Positions 11,374-22,375 of a stretch of 28,464 nt of DNA are shown here, piece after piece (within the stretch, counting starts at the first letter, position 1; every line of letters starts with the position of its first letter). The notes under the pieces were generated by a model, which saw nothing but the letters and a program-made list of their open reading frames with translations, was not told where the DNA came from and made no database searches. The stretch lies in assembly GCA_002269645.1 (NCBI GenBank), contig NIVC01005017.1, forward strand, positions 1 to 28,464, given 5' to 3'. Source of the stretch: Macrostomum lignano (taxonomy: Eukaryota). A program made the position numbers and the translations under genes.

Positions 11374-11867
11374 GTACTAGCTCGTAGTGTCTGTGAGCAC
11401 TATTTTGGCCTGGCTTTTAATCAATGGTGATTCTTAAATATTGTCCACTTAGTAACCTTGGCTGCACAAATAAAAAAAACAGAAGTCTGAGAAAAGATCC
11501 AATTAATAAACGAACGGGTCCTTTATTTATAAGCAGCAAAACAAACTTTAAAAAGCACGTAAAAAGTTCCAAGATACAGACAGCAGCTTCGTAAGGTAAA
11601 AAAATAAAGGTCTACATGTACTTGCTTTTTGTTCCTAAACCATTTTTAAAGTCAAGCGCCACGAAATTAAGAGTACAAAACTGATAAGAAAATAAGATGC
11701 AAATTTGGTTTAGGGTAAAATAGAATGAACTCGCTTTAAAAAAGTCGAGTTTTAGTACCAGGTTAGAAGAAATGTTACACACCTCATGCAATGCATCCTA
11801 TACTTATGAAATAAAAAATACAAAGTGCAGTTAAAATTCTTCTATTGCACAGTCAGATCCTCGCCCT

Positions 11868-12455
11868 AGAAATCCCACCCCAAATAAATCCCATCCTCTC
11901 CACAGAAATGCCATCCCAATCAATCCATCCTCTCCATCCAAATGCCACCCCGATAAATCCCGTTGATGCTATCGGAATCCCACACCAATAAATCCTAACT
12001 GCTCCATCGAAATCCCATCCCAATAAATCCCATTGATGCTATCAAAATCCCACGCCAATAAATCCCATCCTCCACCGAAATACCACCCCAATAAATCCCA
12101 TTGATGCTATCGAAATCCCATCCCATCTAATTCCATTGATGCTATCGGAATCCCACGCCAATAAATCCCATCCTCTGCACCGAAATACCACCCCAATAAA
12201 TCCCATTGATGCTATCGAAATCCCATCCCATTTAATCCCATTGATGCTATCGGAATCCCACACCAATAAATCCCAGCCTCTCCATCGAAATCCCATTGAT
12301 ACTATCGAAATCCCATTCCAATAAATCCCATTGATGCTATCGGAATCCCACACCAATAAATCCCATCCTCTATCGAAATCTATCCCTGATAAATCCCATT
12401 GATGCTATCGGAATCCCATCCCAATAAATCCCATTGATGCTATCGAAATCCCACC
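11868..12455. repeat. Compound ~35-bp minisatellite (aataaatcccattgatgctatcg(a/g)aatcccac/atccc), immediately 3-prime of the MORC stop codon
   Basis: Irregularly alternating sub-units aaatcccatcc, aataaatcccattgatgctatcg and aatcccacaccaat are read directly. Confidence 0.92.
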
Positions 12456-12480
12456 TCTATAGCCTAATAACTAATAGCTC

Positions 12481-15400
12481 TCACGGACTCCCTACGTCAC
12501 TCTGGCACAAGCTGTCGCAATCCTTCTCGCTGTCATTGTCGCTGTCGCTTTCATTCGCCGCCAGATTCCGCAGCACGGAGGCTACGGCGGCGTCCACCGA
12601 GCAATCGGCATTGGCTGGCAGCGGCAGCCGGGTGTCCTTCGGTAGGAGCCGGCGAAGCAGCAGCAGGACATCGGAGCGCAGGCGGCTCAGCTGCTGCTCA
12701 GCCGTGGCTGCCAATGAATCAGGGGCGGCATCGTCTGGCTGGGCGGGTTCCAGCTTCACAGACAGGCTCCGAGCAGAGCCGCCACAGGAGCTGCCGGAAC
12801 AGCCGACCGAGGCTTCAGCGCTCGTAGAAGTTTCTCCGTTGTTGCCGATGCTGCTCAAGCTCTGCCCGATCCGCTGGAGCTTCGAGCTGTTGGACAGCGA
12901 GGCGGCCAGCTGCTCCAGTTTAGCGTCAGCGGCGACAAGCGGCTCGGTTCGGCGGCGCTTCGATCGAGACGCCGCGGCCGCGGATTGCCGTCGGTCAGCC
13001 GCGAGGGAAGCGTCGCGGGCTGCTCGCAGCTGGCGGCTCGCCTGCTTGTGTGCGAGCGGGCATTGGGAATATTTACTAAGGTGTGGGATCTGCGCCTAGT
13101 TAGGGATTGGTAACGGGAGATTGGAAATGATGACGAAGCAAGACTGTCAAGGGAAAATTGCGGATAGGGAGCACAGATGGGAATAAGGGATTGGGGATAG
13201 GGAGCACATGTGGGGAAAGGGATTGGGGTCGGGGATAGGGAGCACAGATGGGTATAAGGGATTGGGGATAGGGATCACAGATGGGAAAAGGGATTAGGGA
13301 TAGGGATCACATCTGGGGAAAGGGATTGGGGATAGGGATCACATGTGGGAATAAGGGATTGGGGATAGGGATCACATGTGGGGAAAGGGATTGGGGATAG
13401 GGATCACATGTGGGGACTGGGGAAAGGGATTGGGGATAGGGATCACATGTGGGGAAAGGGATTGGGGATAGAGATCACAGATGGGAATAAGGGATTGGGG
13501 ATAGGGATCACATGTGGGGAAAGGGATTGGGGATAGAGATCACAGATGGGAATAAGGGATTGGGGATAGGGATCACATGTGGGAAAAGGGATTGGGGATA
13601 GGGATCACATGTGGGAATAAGGGATTGGGGATAGGGATCACATCACATGTGGGGAAAGGGATTGGGGATAGGGATCAGAAATTGGGATTTGGAATTAAGG
13701 ATAGAAACCAAAAAGGAGTAAGAACGGCTTATGTCGTCCCTGATTGGGATATAATAAAACTTTGGATTGCAAACCAATTCAAAATTGGATCATTATAAAT
13801 AACGGGCATCTGTCTGCATTTTGTATGCGGCCTACATCTCTAGAATCCCGCATTTGAGATCCCCAGCATTGCAGTCTCAACGCGAACCTCGTCTTTTCCA
13901 GTTTCCTCCGGATCTCCGCAGGTATTAAAGAAGGCGTCGGGTTGAGAGCGCAGTGCCAGACCCGCTTGTCCAGGCTGCGGCTGCTGGGGCCGCTGGACGG
14001 CAGGCGGCGACTCTTGCCGCACCGGCTGCACTCCAACCACTGCCACCCCGCCGTCTGGCTGCCGCCCGCTTCAGACCGGCCGTTCCGTTCCAGGAATTCC
14101 CTCAGGTGGTGGGTCAGCCGGGCCATGCAGTTGCTGCGGGTGAGCGACGGGTTGGATTGGGATTTTAATGCAGTGCGGAGAGAGGTCAAAGTGATGGTGA
14201 GGGAGACTAGTCAGAGTGATGAGGGAGACTGGTCAGAGTGATGAGGGAGACTGCGATCAGAGCAGTGATGATGGGAGAATCAGAGCACAGTGATGATGGG
14301 AGAATCAGAGCAGTGATGATGGGAGAATCACAGAGCACAGTGATGATGGGAGAATCAGAGCAGTGATGATGGGAGAATCACAGAGCACAGTGATAATGGG
14401 AGAATCAGAGCACAGTGATGATGGGAGAATCAGAGCACAGTGATGATGGGAGAATCACAGAGCACAGTGATAATGGGAGAATCAGAGCACAGTGATGATG
14501 GGAGAATCAGAGCACAGTGATGATGGGAGAATCAGAGCACAGTGATAATGGGAGAATCAGAGCACAGTGATGATGGGAGAATCACAGAGCACAGTGATGA
14601 TGGGAGAATCACAGAGCACAGTAACAGTGAGGATGGGAGAATCACAGAGCCCAGTAACAGTGAGGATGGGAGAATCACAGAGCCCAGTGACAATGGGAGA
14701 ATCACAGAGCCCAGTGACAATGGGAGAATCACAGAGCCCAGTGACAGTGAGGATGGGAGAATCACAGAGCACAGTGATGATGGGAGAATCAGAGAGCACA
14801 ATGATGATGGGAGAATCACAGAGCACAGTGATGATGGGAGAATCAGAGAGCACAGTGATGATGGGAGAATCAGAGAGCACAATGATGATGGGAGAATCAG
14901 AGAGCACAGTGATGATGGGAGAATCACAGAGCACAGTAACAGTGAGGATGGGAGAATCACAGAGCCCAGTAACAGTGAGGATGGGAGAATCACAGAGCCC
15001 AGTGACAATGGGAGAATCACAGAGCCCAGTGACAATGGGAGAATCACAGAGCCCAGTGACAGTGAGGATGGGAGAATCACAGAGCACAGTGATGATGGGA
15101 GAATCAGAGAGCACAATGATGATGGGAGAATCACAGAGCACAGTGATGATGGGAGAATCAGAGAGCACAGTGATGATGGGAGAATCAGAGAGCACAATGA
15201 TGATGGGAGAATCAGAGAGCACAGTGATGATGGGAGAATCAGAGAGCACAGTGATGATGGGAGAATCAGAGAGCACAGTGATGATGGGAGAATCAGAGAG
15301 CGCAGTGATGATGGGAGAATCAGAGAGCACAGTGATGATGGGAGAATCAGAGAGCACAGTGATGATGGGAGAATCAGAGAGCACAGTGATGATGGGAGAA

Positions 15401-18400
15401 TCAGAGAGCACAGTGATGATGGAGAATCAGAGAGCACAGTGATGATGGGAGAATCAGAGAGAATCACAGAGCACCGTGATGATGGGAGAATCAGAGAGCA
15501 CCGTGATGATGGGAGAATCAGAGAGAATCAAAGAGCACCGTGATGATGGGAGAATCAGAGAGCACAGTGATGATGGGAGAATCAGAGAGCACAGTGATGA
15601 TGGGAGAATCAGAGAGCACAGTGATGATGGGAGAATCAGAGAGCACAGTGATGATGGGAGAATCAGAGAGCACAGTGATGATGGGAGAATCAGAGAGTAC
15701 AGTGATGATGGGAGATTCCGAGAGAATCACAGAGCACAATGATGGGAGAAACAGAGAGCACAGTGATGATGGGCCAGAATCAGAGAGCACAGTGATGATG
15801 GGAGAATCAGAGAGCACAGTGATGATGGGAGAATCAGAGAGCACAGTGATGATGGGAGAATCAGGGAGAATCACAGAGCACCGTGATGATGGGAGAATCA
15901 GAGAGCACAGAGAGCACAGTGATGATGGGAGAATCAGAGAGCACAGAGAGCACAGTGATGATGGGAGAATCAGAGAGCACAGTGATGATGGGAGAATCAG
16001 GGAGAATCACAGGGAGAATCACAGAGCACCGTGATGATGGAGAATCAGAGAGCACAGTGATGATGGGAGAATCAGGGAGAATCACAGAGCACCGTGATGA
16101 TGGGAGAATCAGAGAGCACAGAGAGCACAGTGATGATGGGAGAATCAGAGAGCACAGAGAGCACAGTGATGATGGGAGAATCAGAGAGCACAGTGATGAT
16201 GGGAGAATCAGGGAGAATCACAGGGAGAATCACAGAGCACCGTGATGATGGGAGAATCAGAGAGCACAGTGATGATGGGAGAATCAGAGAGCACAGTGAT
16301 GATGGGAGAATCAGGGAGAATCACAGGGAGAATCACAGAGCACCGTGATGATGGGAGAATCAGAGAGCACAGTGATGATGGGAGAATCAGGGAGAATCAC
16401 AGAGCACCGTGATGATGGGAGAATCAGAGAGCACAGTGATGATGGGAGAATCGGAGAGTACAGTGATGATGGGAGATTCCGAGAGAATCACAGAGCACAG
16501 TGATGATGGGAGAATCAGAGAGCACAGTAACAGTGAGGATGGGAGAATCACAGAGCCCAGTGACAATGGGAGAATCACAGAGCCCAGTGACAATGGGAGA
16601 ATCACAGAGCCCAGTGACAGTGAGGATGGGAGAATCACAGAGCACAGTGATGATGGGAGAATCAGAGAGCACAATGATGATGGGAGAATCACAGAGCACA
16701 GTGATGATGGGAGAATCAGAGAGCACAGTGATGATGGGAGAATCAGAGAGCACAATGATGATGGGAGAATCAGAGAGCACAGTGATGATGGGAGAATCAG
16801 AGAGCACAGTGATGATGGGAGAATCAGAGAGCACAGTGATGATGGGAGAATCAGAGAGCGCAGTGATGATGGGAGAATCAGAGAGCACAGTGATGATGGG
16901 AGAATCAGAGAGCACAGTGATGATGGGAGAATCAGAGAGCACAGTGATGATGGGAGAATCAGAGAGCACAGTGATGATGGGAGAATCAGAGAGCACAGTG
17001 ATGATGGGAGAATCAGAGAGAATCACAGAGCACCGTGATGATGGGAGAATCAGAGAGCACCGTGATGATGGGAGAATCAGAGAGAATCAGAGAGCACCGT
17101 GATGATGGGAGAATCAGAGAGCACAGTGATGATGGGAGAATCAGAGAGCACAGTGATGATGGGAGAATCAGAGAGCACAGTGATGATGGGAGAATCAGAG
17201 AGCACAGTGATGATGGGAGAATCAGAGAGCACAGTGATGATGGGAGAATCAGAGAGTACAGTGATGATGGGAGATTCTGAGAGAATCACAGAGCACAATG
17301 ATGGGAGAAACAGAGAGCACAGTGATGATGGGCCAGAATCAGAGAGCACAGTGATGATGGGAGAATCAGAGAGCACAGTGATGATGGGAGAATCAGAGAG
17401 CACAGTGATGATGGGAGAATCAGGGAGAATCACAGGGAGAATCACAGAGCACCGTGATGATGGGAGAATCAGAGAGCACAGTGATGATGGGAGAATCAGG
17501 GAGAATCACAGAGCACCGTGATGATGGGAGAATCAGAGAGCACAGAGAGGACAGTGATGATGGGAGAATCAGAGAGCACAGTGATGATGGGAGAATCAGG
17601 GAGAATCACAGGGAGAATCACAGAGCACCGTGATGATGGGAGAATCAGAGAGCACAGTGATGATGGGAGAATCAGGGAGAATCACAGAGCACCGTGATGA
17701 TGGGAGAATCAGAGAGCACAGTGATGATGGGAGAATCGGAGAGTACAGTGATGATGGGAGATTCCGAGAGAATCACAGAGCACAGTGATGATGGGAGAAT
17801 CAGAGAGCACAGTGATGATGGAGAATCAGAGAGCACAGTGATGATGGGAGAATCAGAGAGAATCACAGAGCACACCGTCACCAACCGGAAGTGCTGGTTC
17901 CGCTCAAAGTCCTGTTTAATATGATTAGGCTGCAGATGGTCCACCTCGGCAACAAGAGCAACGCCCGCGCCCTCCCCGGCTCTTTAATAAGCTTCTCATA
18001 GGCCAGAATGAGGCGGTTGTGGTGGTACAGAAGCGCACCGTAATCGCCGTGGCCATCAGGCAGGAAGCCGATGAGCATGCGGCAGCGGTAGTTGCCGCGC
18101 TGCTCCAAGCGGGCTTCCTCTGTGGCGCTCAGTTTAGGCGAGTAATACTCGAGAGTCTGACGGGTGAGCAGGCGCTGCAGTGGCTGCGATTGAACTGGCT
18201 CGGCGTTGATGCGAATGCTCATGCGCGGCTGCAGGTACAGGATGGCCAGGTAGGCGCGGAGAGACCGCCTGGTGTGCGGCACCGGAGGCAGGTTGTGCAT
18301 CTGCTAGGGCGGGGAAGATTTGATGCGGTTGGGGAGATTAAAGTGGGATTGAAGTATGTATTCGCCTCGTAGGGGATTTTAGTTTCTTTCTAAAATCAAT

Positions 18401-20779
18401 CACATACCTACTAGTAGATTGAAGCATTTCATTTTTAGTATTGGATTTGGGATCTAGGACTGCGATTGCAATCAAGATATTACAGTAAATCGGAAAGCTT
18501 ATGATTTTTTTACATCTGGGGAGTTAGATCACCCGAATTAAGATGGGAATCTTCTGTTTGGGATCGGTGGATTGGGATCTGCAGTTTGGGATCGGTGGAC
18601 TGGGATCTGCAGTTTGGGATCGGTGGACTGGGATCTGCAGTTTGGGATCGGTGGACTGGGATCTGCAGTTTGGGATCGGTGGACTGGGATCTGCAGTTTG
18701 GGATCGGTGAATTAGTATCTGCAGTTTGGGATCGGTAGATTGGGATCTGCAGTTTGGGATCGGTGGACTGGGATCTGCAGTTTGGGATCGGTGGACTGGG
18801 ATCTGCAGTTTGGGATCGGTGGACTGGGATCTGCAGTTTGGGATCGGTGGACTGGGATCTGCAGTTTGGGATCGGTGAATTAGTATCTGCAGTTTGGGAT
18901 CGGTAGATTGGGATCTGCAGTTTGGGATCGGTGGATTGGGATCTGCAGTTTGGGATCGGTAGATTGGGATCTGCAGTTTGGGATCGGTGGACTGGGATCT
19001 GCAGTTTGGGATCGGTGGACTGGGATCTGCAGTTTGGGATCGGTGAATTAGTATCTGCAGTTTGGGATTGGTAGATTGGGATCTGCAGTTTGGGATCAGT
19101 GGATTGGTATCTGCAGTTTGGGATCGGTGGACTGGGATCTGCAGTTTGGGATCGGTGAATTAGTATCTGCAGTTTGGGATCGGTAGATTGGGATCTGCAG
19201 TTTGGGATCAGTGGATTGGTATCTGCAGTTTGAGATCGGTAGATTGGGATCTGCAGTTTGGGATCGGTGGATTGGTATCTGCAGTTTGGGATCGGTGGAC
19301 TGGGATCTGCAGTTTGGGATCGGTGGACTGGGATCTGCAGTTTGGGATCGGTAGATTGGGATCTGCAGTTTGGGATCGGTGGACTGGGATCTGCAGTTTG
19401 GGATCGGTAGATTGGGATCTGCAGTTTGGGATCGGTAGATTGGGATCTGCAGTTTGAGATCGGTGGATTGGGATCTTCAGTTTGGGATCGGTAGATTGGG
19501 ATCTGCAGTTTGGGATCTTCGGATTGGGATCTTAGGTCTAGGATCGGTGGATTGGGATCTGCAGTTTTTGATCGTGCTTTTTTTAACCTCGGGGGGTCAT
19601 TTGATAAAGCTAATTAATTCCCACAGACTCCGTCACGGAGATGGGGACTCAGGCCAGTCTAGCGCTAACCTGCAGCCGCTGCGCTGGGTTCAGAGCCGCG
19701 GCGGAGACGGTCTCCGAGCAGATAATATCGCTGCGGTCAGTCTCGAAGTCGAGCTCCAAGCCAGCCTCTGGATCCTCGCTGCATCGCTTCAGATTGTAAA
19801 TGAGGATTCTAGTCCCGGTAACTGGGATAACGTCGAACTCTTGCAATAGCCGGTCCAGATTGCCGTTAAACAGCGGGCAGTGCTCCATCATCAGGGCCAG
19901 AGACTGGTCGCTGTCGGCGTTGTCGACATCAAGCGATTCGTCCAACCAAGAGGCGATTGGCAGCACAACCGTGTCAGCACCGACTGCGGCCAGGAATGTC
20001 TGCGACAGCATGCCAACCGACTTCAGCATGCGCGCACCGTCAGCTGACCAACGCTTGGTAAATACCAGGGCGTCTTTGCCTGGTTTATCATGCGGGGTGC
20101 AATCGTTAGAGTTTTCAATGGAGTTTTGAAACGTTCAAACGATACCTCATTTGGTACTTCAGGGGTGTTGCTAACCTCATTTGGTACTTCAGGGGTGTTG
20201 CTAACCTCATTTGGTACTTCAGGCCCCAGGGGTGTTGCTAACCTCATTTGGCACTTCAGGGGTGCTGCTAACCTCATTTGGTACTTCAGGGGTGCTGCTA
20301 ACCTTATTTGGTACTTCAGGACGTTGCTAGCCAAAACCAAAGCTTCGGGAACTTTTGCAATCCTCAATTTTAGGAGTGCTATTCCTCATAACTAAACCAT
20401 TCTCATATAAATGTAGTTTGAACTCACCAATGCGCATAGAACCGGACTTGAAACCATTGCCATAGTGACCAATAGGTTTGTGGCCTCGCTGACCAACTTT
20501 GAAACAATATCCAAAGCTAAGCATATTATGCAGCTGCTCCGTGGTCATGCCAAGGCCATCGTCTGTGACTGACAGAACATCCATCCCGTTAGACACGTAG
20601 TGCCCAATGTTCAAGTTGTCAGCTTGGCAGTCTGGATCGTAGGCGTTGTCAACCAACTCGGCTATGGCCGAAAATACCCACGAGTGCGAGGTGGAGTTCG
20701 TCATTAAATAGGCCGGACTAGTGCGGGCCGAGCGAAGGCCCTGCACTGAACCTGGCTGGTTATTATTGTTGTCTGCCAT
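12481..20779 (-). CDS. MORC3: MORC family CW-type zinc finger ATPase, MORC3/4-like, ~661 aa after correcting two 1-bp frameshifts (~17975, ~13940). Exons 20779-20428, 20079-19670, 18300-17886, 14133-13888 and 13041-12481.
   Basis: GHKL motifs [51 protein letters not shown] and GTRILIYNL. S5-fold motifs SLRAYLAILYLQPRM, YHHNRLILAYEK and EVDHLQPNHIKQDF. CW finger WLECSRCGKSRRLP...WHCALNPDAFFNTCGDPEE. C-terminal coil LSRLRSDVLLLLRRLLP. All four introns are GT-AG with matching phases (1, 0, 2, 0), and the corrected CDS is 1986 nt. Orthology to MORC3 versus MORC4 is not resolvable by eye. Confidence 0.95.
13163..13676. repeat. 32-33-bp G-rich minisatellite, ~16 copies (gggattggggatagggatcacatgtggggaaa), in MORC intron 4
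   Basis: Period read directly (13491, 13523, 13556). Confidence 0.95.
14208..17872. repeat. ~3.7-kb minisatellite with a 27-bp core (gatgatgggagaatcagagagcacagt) and 23-38-bp variants, filling MORC intron 3
   Basis: Read directly. It generates the stop-free repetitive ORFs (EHSDDGRIR, MMGESESTV, LSDSPIITV) seen in the ORF track. Confidence 0.98.
18558..19565. repeat. 28-bp minisatellite, ~36 copies (gggatcggtggactgggatctgcagttt), in MORC intron 2
   Basis: Period read directly (18561, 18589). Confidence 0.97.
20143..20330. repeat. 30-bp minisatellite, ~6 copies (acctcatttggtacttcaggggtgttgcta), in MORC intron 1
   Basis: Period read directly (20144, 20174, 20204). One unit carries a 6-bp insertion. 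Confidence 0.92.
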
Positions 20780-21048
20780 GCTCCGGCGCTTCTGTTGTTA
20801 GTAATTTAAGTTTGCTGCTCGGTGCTGTCAATAAGTTTTTTTTGGGGGGGGGGGTTAGTATTTGTGGAGTGCTTTCACATCATAAGCTCGAAATTTCGTA
20901 ACGTTAAAAACAAAAAGCAAATTATTTCAAAGGTTTTTAAATTTCGACCTTAAAGAATGGTGCTTTTGACGTAAAATTTTGAGTTGGTGAATGTGAACCC
21001 CCTCCATTATCTGAGACGCGTCGCTAGCTAGTCTAGAAGCTAAAAGCA

Positions 21049-21058
21049 GTCACGTGAC
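21049..21058. promoter_or_regulatory. Perfect palindromic GTCACGTGAC E-box (CLEAR/USF/TFEB-type), ~270 bp upstream of the MORC ATG
   Basis: Exact 10-bp motif in the presumptive MORC promoter region. Motif match only. Confidence 0.3.
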
Positions 21059-22239
21059 ATGGTGACACAGCTTGGTCCAATAAAGACTAATAAGACTACT
21101 AAGACTAAGAGTGTCGCCAAGTAGAAAGGACAGGATGATTCCAAAATTTCCCTCAGTTAATAACGTCAGGAATAATGATTGAAGCTCTTGCTTGCAGCTT
21201 GTGTTGCGGATGTTATTGTATAACGATAGATCAATGGTAAATAGCAATAGCATAAATAACTTCATTCTTATTCATATGAAACACACAAATCATAGAACAT
21301 AGCCTCGTGATTAGATTAGCAACATATTATATCAATATGACTTAATTGATTAGTCATCTAACTAAACACTAACTGAACATTAAATAATATGACGTGTACG
21401 ATTTAAAAAATGTACCGTAAAATGCGGTAATTTAGTGTTAGGGTGGAAGATGGTAGTCAAACTTTACTTAAAATCTTGGAATTTAAACTACAGGGGTGTA
21501 CCTTGTACGGAAGGATAATACTGTTCAAATCAATTAAATCAGATAAAACAAATTATTACAATGCTTAAATGTGTTCTTACGTGGTAGACAGATAAGATAG
21601 TAAGCAGACACGAACTCTGATATTCTGGTAATACGCTCGTATTATAGGAAAAACCTGTCGAAAATGAATTCAATTGGTCTTGAACTCGTTTTCGTCGAAC
21701 AGTTCAATTCAGAAATTAAAAAGGAACATCAGGACGGGTTAGAAAGTTAAATCTCTAGCCTAGCCTTCTCTCCTTTACTCTTCAGTCTTTATTAACTGTG
21801 TGGGGAGGGGACTGACTGTACAGCTTATTTAACACGCAAGCGCTGCGTGGCCTAAGCAAAAGCTAAATAAAGCCTAGCGCATATTCTTAACCAATCGCTG
21901 TTCTCCAGTCAGGACCATTTAGCTTCAAGGTCACTTGAGAGGATCGATTAGCAAAACAGAGAGATAAGAGAGAATAGCGAATAGGGTGGAAGTGAGAGTT
22001 AAAGGCCAATGAGTCATACAATGCTTGCGACACCTCCCTCCAAGTCCAGAGCCCCCATCGAGGACAATTTTATAGCTCGAAGAGTGGCCCTTGTCCGACA
22101 GGCAGCGTAGATACACTATATATAGACCACGCAGTAAGGCAGTCAGTGCCTTGATAGCTGCGAACGACGCCAAAGGCCAGAGCTAATCGCCGTCTGCTGC
22201 GAATTGTAAGGCAAACTCCCACTCTCCCAGCCAGCCACC

Positions 22240-22375
22240 CTACCCTAGCTTCCCCAGACATGAAGCCGATCGAGCATGTCTGTCTGGGACTTCCTCACTC
22301 CTCAATCCAGCGGGGATGCCGCGTAGTCGAGGCGCTGCCTCGTGCACGGGGATCCCACACCCACACTCGGTAATG
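22240..22375 (+). mobile_element. Degenerate Tc1/mariner transposase C-terminal relic
   Basis: The plus strand reads LASPDMKPIEHV then, after a 4-bp tgtc duplication, WDFL (compare the Tc1 motif SPDLNPIEHVWD). Shortly after comes ARGSHTHTR-stop (compare the terminal Tc1 motif ARGGHTRY). It appears internally deleted and no TIRs were found. Confidence 0.55.

Noticed and set aside
14532-17944. Long stop-free ORFs on both strands (up to 333 aa of EHSDDGRIR, MMGESESTV or LSDSPIITV repeats)
   Set aside because: These are by-products of a 27/33-bp (multiple-of-3) minisatellite. The region is a clean GT-AG intron whose removal restores the conserved MORC alignment (HFR-NCMARL).
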